Assembly: GCA_000092065.1 (NCBI GenBank)
Contig: CP000582.1
Strand: one strand, 5' to 3'
DNA length: 64,000 bases
From: Ostreococcus lucimarinus
Lineage: Eukaryota
Part shown: piece after piece, positions 1 through 8,717 of the stretch
Layout: each line of letters begins with the position of its first letter
Position numbering within the stretch: position 1 is the first letter of the stretch
The notes under the pieces: generated by a model
Told to the model about the DNA's origin: nothing
The model's input: the letters and a program-made list of their open reading frames with translations, nothing else
Databases searched by the model: none
Translations under genes and position numbers: made by a program

Positions 1-480
1 TTTCTTGGCATCCTTCTTCTCCCCCTTGCTCGGCGACGATGCGCCTCGCTTTTTCCCCTCTCCTTTTCCGTTTGATTTACCCCCCTTTGACGCTTTCGGC
101 GTCGACGGCTTCGCCACTCGATTCGCCTTCGCGTGTCTCCTATTATCTCTCACCCCACACGCGTTACACAGCGTTTTCGGGCCATCCGGGCCGTTTCGCC
201 ACAACGGCGTCGTCTGCGTGTTGCAGTGCGCGCACCGCTTCCCAGCCACTCCCGGCAGACCTTGCGCCGACGTCGCGGCGTCCATCACCTTATCGCGCAC
301 GAAAAGTTCACCGAAGTCAGTTTCATCGCACGCGCGACGGATAACGCGACAATTTCGCGCGTGAAAACAAGCGCGCGCGCGCGTCGTCGCGTCCCGCGCG
401 TATTGAGGCTCCAGAAACCCCAACCGTTCGCCGTCGCGCGTTCTCGTCGTCTCGACAACCCGCGGACGCACCTTCGCCAT
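1..480 (-). CDS. GATA-type zinc-finger transcription factor (plant-like C-X2-C-X18-C-X2-C); 3' end lies beyond the left window edge
   Basis: My own minus-strand translation (codon tops at multiples of 3) reads ...GKRCAHCNTQTTPLWRNGPDGPKTLCNACGVRDNRRHAKANRVAKPSTPKASKGGKSNGKGEGKKRGASSPSKGEKKDAKK. The finger is encoded by nt 234..157. The basic tail runs to nt 1 without a stop, so the ORF is absent from the supplied track. In-frame ATGs lie at 480 (MAK) and 285 (MDAATS). Start and exon structure are uncertain. Confidence 0.75.
   Translation of the reverse strand, partial: MAKVRPRVVETTRTRDGERLGFLEPQYARDATTRARACFHARNCRVIRRACDETDFGELFVRDKVMDAATSAQGLPGVAGKRCAHCNTQTTPLWRNGPDGPKTLCNACGVRDNRRHAKANRVAKPSTPKASKGGKSNGKGEGKKRGASSPSKGEKKDAKK
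289..471 (-). other. Candidate intron in the GATA gene (183 nt)
   Basis: ATG GCG AAG|GTGCGTCC gives a donor at 471. An exact ACTGAC sits at 321..316, 27 nt before the acceptor GATAAG| at 289. The downstream exon starts on a codon boundary (VMDAATS...). The acceptor is AAG rather than the CAG seen in the other introns, and the frame stays open across the segment, so splicing is not proven. A second ACTGAC at 574..569 suggests a 5'-leader intron ending at 545 or 526. Confidence 0.4.
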
Positions 481-1395
481 CTCCCGCGCGCTCGTTCCGC
501 GCCAAACACCCCCCCGCACCGAACACTGCGCGCACGAACGCTCGCTAGCGCGCGCGACACATCGCTTCGTCAGTCTCCGCGCGTCGTCATCGCGGCATCG
601 AAACACCGACACGCCACCATCGGCGCGCGCGCGTCGCCCTCCCGCGCGTTTCCGCGTCTCCCGCGCGCGCGAACGACGCGTCTTAATCCCATCCACCATC
701 GCGCGCGCGCGCGCGCCGCACCGCGCGCGGGCGACGACGCCCGCGCGCGCTTCGTTCGCGCCATCGAGCGCCCGCGCGCATCCAGCCCCCGAAACCGCAA
801 CGCGACTTCGCGCAAAATCTAGCCCCCAACGCCCGCGCGCGCGCGTTCCCATCGCGCCGCGACGGCCGAGCGACGTCGATAATTTCACTCGATCCCTCGC
901 GCGCGTCGAGCGTCGAGCGCACGCACCGCGTCGTCGAAAAACCGGCGTTCGATTCGCGCGCGCGAACAATCAATCGGTCGCGCGATTGACGGAAATCGCT
1001 CGCGTTCGCGCGCGTCGACGGCTTCGTTCGTCGTCTGCGCCGAGGCGGGCGGTCAAGAAGACGCGCGTGCGTCGCGCCCGCGCTTCGCGGGACCTTCGGC
1101 TCGACGCTCGCGCCACCGACTGCGGGGGGGCCGGCGGGGCGTGCGGGCAGGACAGAATCACACGCCACCAAAGTTTTGTGCGTGGGATTAGTGACGGTTC
1201 GCGAACGGTAAATAAAAAATCTTGCGCGTAATTTTTTATGTGGTATAAGGGCTCGTATTCGAGCTATAAGATTCGCTATGTTTAATGAACGGCGGAGACG
1301 ACGCCACGTCGATCGCGCGGCGCCGCGCGGCGCCGCGCGAGTCGCGCGACGAAGGTTGGTTGCGCTTGAAAAAACGATGCTTGGGTATTACGTAG

Positions 1396-3104
1396 CTAGG
1401 GTGACGACGCGGGGTCAGTGAAAGAGACGCACCACATCTCGGCGGTGCCGCCTCGGGTCGCGCGCGTCGCGCCGCGGCGGAGGACGTCAGCGGCGAGGAC
1501 GCTCGCGCACGCCTCGCGTAGACACTCCGCGCACCAAGGTTCGGGATGGGACACCGCGCTCGAGAGCGCGGCGTGGTTTGCGTCAAATTTTAACGCTGGG
1601 ACTCGATCGATGTCGCCGAGGGTGAGGAGAACGTCGTCTCGGCGTTCGCCGCGCGCCGCGTCGACGAAGACGGCGGCGCGCGGGCTCGGGACGCTCGCGA
1701 GCGGGACGAATCGGCCTCCGGCTTTGCGTATCTTCGCACCGGAGACGAAGTGGTCGAGAGGACACGTTCCTGGAAGGTAGTTCTCGTCGTTCGCGCCCGG
1801 ATATCGACACTTTGCGCTGAACACGTCGTCATGGCCGCTCCAAACTTTGTCGCACCGACACGGCAGTGGGGGAATCGCAAGCGTGCGGTTGAGGGATACG
1901 GCGTACGCGAACGCCTTCACGAGCGCGCGAACGTTCGCGCTCGCGACAATGAGGTGGTCCTCAATCGTCGGTTCCTCGCTCGTCAAGTTTTGAGGCGCGA
2001 GTTCAAACGTGAGGAACTTTTCGTCCTCGCCCGCGGCGTCGTGCAGCGCCCACAAGCCAACCTCTTGAAACCTATACCGCTTCGCCTCTCCACCACTACC
2101 GTCGAACGTGTACGTCGCGTGCACGGCGTACGGTTTAACGTCATCCCAGACGCCGTCTTTTCGATTCACCCACTGCATGAAGTATCCGTGACCGTTCACG
2201 AAGAGTCGAAGCGGCAACGCGCCAATCGCGAACGGCGAACCGGTCGACGGCAACGGCGAACCCGATTGCAGCACTCGCGTCTTCGCCGACGCTCCCGGGG
2301 CAACATCTAGTCCCGGCCACGCATTTTCCTCGCGCACCATCTTGTTAAACACTTGTTGGTGCGTCGTGAGCTTTGAGTACGCCCCGTCCTTTGCCTGTAA
2401 ATTTCGCGCCCAGTCGCTCAAGAAATCCTTCCCCGCGCGCGTGTTCCTGATGAACATCATCCCAGTGTTGAAGATCCCGCGCATCGCGTATCTCGCTCCT
2501 AATTCCCAATCCATCGTCGGGCTTAAATTATCGCTGCTAATCATCACGTCCGCCCCGCGAATCTCCTCGCACCCGTCCACGTCGCCGCTCTCGCACTTGA
2601 AGTACGGCGCCGCGTCTCGAAGCCACACGACGTCGACGTCGGATAAAATCACGTCAAACCCGGCGTCGAGCACCGCGCGCAATTCCTTCACCATCAACGC
2701 GCAAAACTTCTTCCAACTCTCGCTCGCGTGATCCGCGGCGTCGTTCAAATCGCCGTACTCGGCGCGATACGTCGCCACGCCCAGCGCGCGCGCCGCGTCA
2801 TGCGTCTCCGCGTCCAACGCCACGAGCACCGGCCGCACGCGCGCGCGCGACGCCTCCGCGCCGCTCCCATCCCCCCCCTCGCCCGCGCGCGCCCGCATCG
2901 CGTGCGTCGCCCAATTCTTCGCCACGTCGAGCACCTTCGCGTCGGCGAACGCGACGACGACGACGTCCTCCCCCTCCCGCGCGCCGACGTCGCGCAGCGT
3001 CGCCGCCGCGCCCGCGACCTCGACCGCCGGCGTCGTCCTCGCCGCGCGCGCGTCGCCGATCGCGCCCGCGTCGCCGATCGCGTCCGTCGCCGCGTCCGTC
3101 GTCC

Positions 3105-3137
<33 letters not shown>

Positions 3138-3255
3138 GCGCGCCTCCCGCGCGCGTCCGCGTCGCCGCGACCGCGCACGCCGCGACGACGACGCACGCGA
3201 GCGCCCTGCGCGCGCGCCGCGCGCGCGACGCGCCCTCGCGCGCGCCCGCGCGCAT
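1396..3255 (-). CDS. GT77-family glycosyltransferase (nucleotide-diphospho-sugar transferase, XEG113/RRA/RGXT-like), type II membrane protein
   Basis: The track ORF is 1396..3432, but its start is TTG; the first real ATG is at 3255 (MRAGAREG...). A signal anchor ALACVVVAACAVAA is followed by a transferase domain with FDVILSDVDVVWLRD (DxD), GIFNTGMMFIRN and a Cys-containing C-terminal module (PPLPCRCDKVW...CRYPG...GTCPLDHF). Confidence 0.8.
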
Positions 3256-3422
3256 CGCGCCGCGCGCGCGCGTCTCGCGCGTCGGCGTCGTCGCGCGTCG
3301 CGCGCGCGCGTCCTCGCGTCGCGCGCGTCGCGCGAGACGCGCGCGACGTCCCCGCGGGCTCGCCGCGCGTCGCGCGCCGCGAGACGCGCGCGCGCGACGC
3401 CGCGAGACGCGACGAAGCGACG

Positions 3423-6400
3423 ATGGATTCAAACGCGTCGCGGCTGTCGCGACACATCGCGACGACGATGCGACGCGCGGCGCGCGCGAACGACGACGAC
3501 GCGACGAAGCGACGAAAGAGTGATCCCGATGACGACGCGCTGCTGCGCGACGCCGAGGACGCGCGCGACGACGACGACGACGGCGCGACGACGGGAGGCG
3601 CGCGCGCGACGGGGGACGACGGCGCGGAGGAGTACGCCGACGACGTCGATTACGACGAGGAGGAGGTGTACGCGCGGACGACGAACGGCGAGGGCGAAGG
3701 ATTGATCGATGTGCGAGCGGCGGATCGCGCGAATTGGGTGCGACGACCGCTGGCGCGGGCGGTGGACGCGACGCGGGACGCGCTGCTGTTTCAACAGTTG
3801 GACATCGATTACGCGGTGGAGAAGCCGCACGAGGGACTGGGGGCGCGACGGGCGAAAGGTGACGCCGCGGTGGTGCGGATGTTCGGGGTGACGAAAGAGG
3901 GACACAGCGTGTGCGCGCACGTGCACGGGTTCGAGCCGTATTTTTACGCGTCGGTGCCGGAAAATTTCGGCGAGGCGGATTGCGCGGCGTTCAGGCGACG
4001 TTTGAACGAGGAGGTGAGCGCGGCGAGGAAGAACGCGCCGGGAGTGCACGTCGTGGACGTGTCGCTCGAGAGGAAGCAGAGTTTGATGCATTATAGCGAC
4101 GTGAAGGATCGCTTGTTCGCCAAGATCACGATGGGGCTGCCGAATATGGTGAGCGCGGCGCGAGGGATTTTGGAAAAGGGATTCAGCGTGCCGGGGGTTC
4201 GGGACGGGGCGTTCACGACGTACCCGACGTTTGAGTCCAACATCGTGTACGCCTTGCGGTTTATGGTGGACTGCGCCGTGGTCGGTGGGAACTGGATCGA
4301 GTTTCCGGTGAATTCGTACACGGTTCGTGCGAAGAAGGCGTCGCACTGTCAAATCGAAGTGGACATCATGTACGACAAGCTCATCTCGCACCCGGCGGAG
4401 GGTGAGTACTCCAAGCTCGCCCCGTTTCGCATCTTATCCGTGGATATCGAGTGTGCGGGGCGTAAAGGCCACTTTCCCGACGCACAATTGGATCCGGTGA
4501 TTCAGATCGCGACTCTAGTCACCGAGCAAGGGAGCGATAAACCGATTATTCGAGCCGTGTGGACGCTCGATACGTGCGCTCCGATCGTCGGCGCTGACGT
4601 CTTGAGTTTTAAGGATGAGCGGGAACTGCTTCGGAACTGGGGTAATTTTCTTCGCGGGTGCGACCCGGATTTGTTGATCGGCTATAACATCGTCAATTTC
4701 GATTTCCCGTACTTGTTGGAGCGCGCCGAGAAGCTCGGCGTCGCCGACTTTCCGTACTGGGGACGCTTGATCGGCACCAAGGTGCGCATGCGCGACACGG
4801 TTTTCTCGTCCAAGGCGTACGGTACGCACGAAAGTAAAGAAATATCTTGCGAGGGACGCGTGCAATTCGACATGCTTCGCGCTATTCAGCGCGATTACAA
4901 GTTGTCTTCATATTCGCTCAACGCAGTTTCTGCGCATTTTTTGGGCGAGCAAAAAGAAGACGTGCACTACAGCGCTATCTCGGAGCTGCAAAACGGTACG
5001 CCCGAGACGAGACGGCGTTTAGCGGTGTACTGTTTGAAGGATGCGTATCTTCCGCAGAGATTGCTGGACAAGTTGATGTACATGTACAACTACATCGAAA
5101 TGGCTCGCGTCACCGGCGTGCCGCTGAATTACCTGTTGACTCGCGGTCAGTCCATCAAGGTCATGTCGCAGCTTTTGCGCAAGGCGAGGCAGCGAAACAT
5201 GCTGATTCCTCACCATGTGAAGCAGGGCGGTGGCAACGTTCAAGCGGAGGGTGGTGTCGCGTACGAAGGTGCGACGGTCTTAGACGCCAAGGCTGGTTAC
5301 TACGAGATGCCCATCGCGACGCTCGATTTCGCTTCGCTGTATCCATCCATCATGATGGCTCACAATCTGTGCTACTCGACTTTAGTGCCAAAGGATAAGG
5401 TGGGTAAGCTCAACCCGGATGATTACGGGACATCGCCATCGGGAGATACGTTCGTGAAGGCATCCAAGGTGAAGGGGATTTTGCCAGAAATTTTAGAGGA
5501 ACTCTTGGGGGCGCGTAAACGCGCCAAGGCTGATCTTAAAAAAGCCACTGATCCGTTGCAAAAAGCGGTCTTAGACGGTCGCCAGCTCGCGCTGAAAGTC
5601 TCAGCAAACTCTGTGTACGGTTTCACCGGTGCCATGGTCGGACAGCTGCCTTGCCTCGAAATTTCTTCTTCAACGACGGCGTACGGCCGTACGATGATTG
5701 ATCACACGAAGAAAATGGTGGAAGAGAAGTATCGAACCGTGAATGGATACACTGGAAATGCCGAGGTCATTTATGGTGATACCGACTCCGTGATGATCAA
5801 GTTCAATACGCCGGATTTGGCGGAGTCTATGAAACTCGGTGAAGAAGCCGCGGTGTACGTCTCTGAGACGTTCTTGAAGCCTATCAAACTCGAATTCGAA
5901 AAGGTGTACTGGCCATATCTCTTGATTAGCAAGAAGCGCTACGCTGGTTTACTCTGGACGAACACTGAAAATTACGACAAGATGGACACCAAAGGTATCG
6001 AGACCGTGCGTCGCGATAACTGTTTGCTCGTGCGACAAGTCATCGAGACGGTTTTGGAGAAGATTTTGAAGCAGCGAGATGTGCAGGGCGCGGTGAAATA
6101 CGTGCAGAGTACGATCGCAGACTTGCTCATGAATAGATTAGATTTCTCACAGCTCGTGATCACGAAGGGTTTCACAAAAGAAGCAGACTCGTATGGGGTC
6201 AAGATGGCACACATAGAGCTCGCGCAGCGCATGCGCCAGCGCGATCCCGCCACCGCGCCGGTAGTCGGCGATCGTATCGCGTACGTCATCATTAAAGCGG
6301 CGAAGAACGCAAAGGCGTATGAAAAGTCAGAGGATCCGATTTTTGCTTTGGACAACAACTTACCCATCGATACGAAGCACTATTTGGATCACTACTTGAC

Positions 6401-6827
6401 CAAGCCTCTGCTGCGTATTTTCGAGCCCATCTTGCACAACGCGCAATCCGTACTGTTGCACGGCGAGCACACGCGTCGCATCGCGCAGCCGACGCCGACT
6501 GCGAAAGCTGGCGGAATCATGCAGTTTGCCAAGATTCGTTTAAGCTGTATCGGTTGCCGCGCACCGATATCGGATGAGAAAATGTCCAAGTCGCTGTGCA
6601 AGAATTGCCTCAACGACGAATCGCAGCACCTGAGAAAAGCGCTCGCCTCCGTGAACAACCTCGAGGGAGACTTCAACCGGCTTTGGACGCAGTGTCAGCG
6701 GTGCCAAGGCTCACTTCACCAGGACGTCCTCTGCACATCGCGGGATTGTCCCATTTTCTACCGTCGCAAAAAAGTCCAAAAAGATTTAACCGAAGCCACG
6801 GCGCAGCTGCGACGTTTCGATTGGTGA
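3423..6827 (+). CDS. POLD1: DNA polymerase delta catalytic subunit (family B)
   Basis: A single 1134-aa ORF starts at a real ATG at 3423. Exonuclease motifs are SVDIECAG and GYNIVNFDFPYL. Polymerase motifs are DFASLYPSIMMAHNLCYST, KVSANSVYGFTG and IYGDTDSVM. C-terminal CysA/CysB zinc modules are present (CIGCRAP..CKNC and CQRCQGSLHQDVLCTSRDCPIFY). Confidence 0.97.
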   Translation: MDSNASRLSRHIATTMRRAARANDDDATKRRKSDPDDDALLRDAEDARDDDDDGATTGGARATGDDGAEEYADDVDYDEEEVYARTTNGEGEGLIDVRAADRANWVRRPLARAVDATRDALLFQQLDIDYAVEKPHEGLGARRAKGDAAVVRMFGVTKEGHSVCAHVHGFEPYFYASVPENFGEADCAAFRRRLNEEVSAARKNAPGVHVVDVSLERKQSLMHYSDVKDRLFAKITMGLPNMVSAARGILEKGFSVPGVRDGAFTTYPTFESNIVYALRFMVDCAVVGGNWIEFPVNSYTVRAKKASHCQIEVDIMYDKLISHPAEGEYSKLAPFRILSVDIECAGRKGHFPDAQLDPVIQIATLVTEQGSDKPIIRAVWTLDTCAPIVGADVLSFKDERELLRNWGNFLRGCDPDLLIGYNIVNFDFPYLLERAEKLGVADFPYWGRLIGTKVRMRDTVFSSKAYGTHESKEISCEGRVQFDMLRAIQRDYKLSSYSLNAVSAHFLGEQKEDVHYSAISELQNGTPETRRRLAVYCLKDAYLPQRLLDKLMYMYNYIEMARVTGVPLNYLLTRGQSIKVMSQLLRKARQRNMLIPHHVKQGGGNVQAEGGVAYEGATVLDAKAGYYEMPIATLDFASLYPSIMMAHNLCYSTLVPKDKVGKLNPDDYGTSPSGDTFVKASKVKGILPEILEELLGARKRAKADLKKATDPLQKAVLDGRQLALKVSANSVYGFTGAMVGQLPCLEISSSTTAYGRTMIDHTKKMVEEKYRTVNGYTGNAEVIYGDTDSVMIKFNTPDLAESMKLGEEAAVYVSETFLKPIKLEFEKVYWPYLLISKKRYAGLLWTNTENYDKMDTKGIETVRRDNCLLVRQVIETVLEKILKQRDVQGAVKYVQSTIADLLMNRLDFSQLVITKGFTKEADSYGVKMAHIELAQRMRQRDPATAPVVGDRIAYVIIKAAKNAKAYEKSEDPIFALDNNLPIDTKHYLDHYLTKPLLRIFEPILHNAQSVLLHGEHTRRIAQPTPTAKAGGIMQFAKIRLSCIGCRAPISDEKMSKSLCKNCLNDESQHLRKALASVNNLEGDFNRLWTQCQRCQGSLHQDVLCTSRDCPIFYRRKKVQKDLTEATAQLRRFDW

Positions 6828-6837
6828 GCGCGACGAA

Positions 6838-6885
6838 GATTCCCGACGCGATAGTCGAGTCGATTCCCGACGCGATAGCCAAGTC
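6838..6885. repeat. Two tandem 24-nt units just 3' of the POLD1 stop
   Basis: GATTCCCGACGCGATAGTCGAGTC (6838..6861) is followed by GATTCCCGACGCGATAGCCAAGTC (6862..6885). The first 17 nt are identical and there are 2 mismatches overall. The repeat begins 11 nt after the TGA at 6825..6827. Confidence 0.8.
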
Positions 6886-7037
6886 TGCATTGAAAACCAC
6901 TCACCGCGCGCACAGCAACGAACGAACCGCGACGTAGGTCTCGACGAGCGAATCGCCGCGCGCTCGCCGCTTTTCGCGTCGCCGCCTCGCTCCAATCCAA
7001 AATCCAATTCGCCCGCACACCCCCCCGCGTCGCCGCG

Positions 7038-8660
7038 ATGTCCGCGCCGCGCTCGCCCGACGCGCCGATGATCGACGACCGTTACGTCTTGCTCGCCAAG
7101 GTCGGTCGCGGCGCCACGGGCGAGGTGTACAAGGCGCGCGACGTCCGCACCGACGCAACCGTCGCGGTGAAACTCGTCGACCTGGAAGACGCCGAGGACG
7201 ACGTCGCGGACATCCAGCGCGAGATATCCACGCTCGCGCAGTGCGCGAGCCCGTACGTGACGAAATATCTCGCGAGCGCGCTGGTGCGAGGGACGAGCAA
7301 GCTGGCGATCGTGATGGAGTACATGGCGGGAGGGAGCGCGCGACACCTCGCGGACGAGGCGGCGAAAGGAGAGGGCGAGACGACGGCGATCGAGGACGAA
7401 GCGAAGGTTGGATTGGAAGAGGGAGAGATATCGTACATCACCAGGGACGTGCTGCGGGCGTTGGAGTACTTGCACGAGGAGGGGAAGATTCATCGAGACG
7501 TGAAGGCGGCGAACGTGTTGCTGACGGAGGGCGGCGAGGCGCGATTGGCGGATTTCGGTGTGAGCGGACAGATGACGCACACGTTAGGAGCGCGGAGGAA
7601 AACGTTCACGGGGACGCCGTTTTGGATGGCGCCCGAGGTGATTCAAGGTGGGGAAGGGTACGATGAGAAGGCGGATATTTGGAGCTTGGGCATTACGTGT
7701 TACGAGTTGGCGTTGGGCGCCGCGCCGCACGCGGATTTACATCCGATGCGCGTGTTGTTCGTGATCCCTAAAAATGACGCTCCTCGACTGCCAGATGATG
7801 GGAGATTTAGCGCAGATTTTCAAGACTTCGTGGCTAAGTGCTTACAAAAAGATGCGAAAGCGAGGCCGAGTGCGAGAGAGTTGTTGAACCATCCATTCGC
7901 GAAACAATTCGATGGCGCGGCTGTGGACACGTTGAAGGCTCGAGTTGAAAAACATATTTCTTTGACGGAAGGAGATGCGTCGCAAGCCAGCGGCGCGGAG
8001 ACCGCGTTAGCACAAAAGCAGACGAGTAAAGCTGCGCCGACTTGGGACTTCGGCGAAGATTCGCTCGGGAGGAAGTTTTCGAAGCAGCAACTGGAACAGC
8101 AACAGGCGCAAACGCAAGATGTTGAAATCGCTTCCGATCACGGCGGAAGTTCGATTTATCAATCCATGGGCGGGACGATTCGCATGGCGAGTCGCCCTTC
8201 GATGGAGGGTACGGACGACGATGCGGATGCTAGCTCCATGGGAACCGCCACGGTTGGCACGGAGAGCTCTCGAGGCGCTCAAACGCGTTACAAGCTCGAC
8301 GATATCCTCGACAGTGGCACGGTGTACACACCTCTGATGCAGAGTCTGATCGCGCCGGCGTTCGAGCGGGTACAAACGAGCAACGACGCTGGTGCTGCCG
8401 CAGCTCTGGCCGCCGCCGAAGCTTTGGACAAGCTTGAAATCGTCTCGCCAGGCTCGCTCGCGTCCTTCGTACAAGCCGTCATGTACGAGCTGTCGACGAG
8501 TCAGGACGAGTCGATGCGAGGTTTGAAGTCGCGCGCGTCTAAGTTGTTCGGTGGTACGAGCGAAGATTCAGTTGCGGTCTCTAACGGCGGTCGATCCGTC
8601 GTGGCCAATTACCTGCTGCAGCGTTGGCAAGCAGACGTGCGCAAACAAGCGCAGAAATAG
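7038..8660 (+). CDS. STE20-family Ser/Thr kinase, GCK-III (MST3/MST4/SOK1)-like
   Basis: ATG at 7038. The N-terminal kinase domain reads VGRGATGEVYKARD..VAVKLVDLEDAEDDVADIQREISTLAQCASPYVTKY, HRDVKAANVLL, DFGVSGQ and GTPFWMAPEV. It closely parallels the GCK-III signature ...IDLEEAEDEIEDIQQEI..LSQCDSPYVTKY, recalled from memory. Confidence 0.9.
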   Translation: MSAPRSPDAPMIDDRYVLLAKVGRGATGEVYKARDVRTDATVAVKLVDLEDAEDDVADIQREISTLAQCASPYVTKYLASALVRGTSKLAIVMEYMAGGSARHLADEAAKGEGETTAIEDEAKVGLEEGEISYITRDVLRALEYLHEEGKIHRDVKAANVLLTEGGEARLADFGVSGQMTHTLGARRKTFTGTPFWMAPEVIQGGEGYDEKADIWSLGITCYELALGAAPHADLHPMRVLFVIPKNDAPRLPDDGRFSADFQDFVAKCLQKDAKARPSARELLNHPFAKQFDGAAVDTLKARVEKHISLTEGDASQASGAETALAQKQTSKAAPTWDFGEDSLGRKFSKQQLEQQQAQTQDVEIASDHGGSSIYQSMGGTIRMASRPSMEGTDDDADASSMGTATVGTESSRGAQTRYKLDDILDSGTVYTPLMQSLIAPAFERVQTSNDAGAAAALAAAEALDKLEIVSPGSLASFVQAVMYELSTSQDESMRGLKSRASKLFGGTSEDSVAVSNGGRSVVANYLLQRWQADVRKQAQK

Positions 8661-8717
8661 CCCATTCTAGTACAAGTAGTACATCATACTGTTGCAACGC
8701 TACTTCTAACGCTATAG

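Noticed and set aside
3429-4391. Long antisense ORFs opposite conserved genes: 3429..4391, 6786..7580, 28024..29181, 45555..46244, 59153..60268, 59583..60386 and 61766..62887.
   Set aside because: Each mirrors a gene with strong family signatures on the other strand (POLD1, GCK-III kinase, TPR, MED7, NUDIX, KELP-like). Each translates to R/H/V/P-rich nonsense. These are classic high-GC shadow ORFs.
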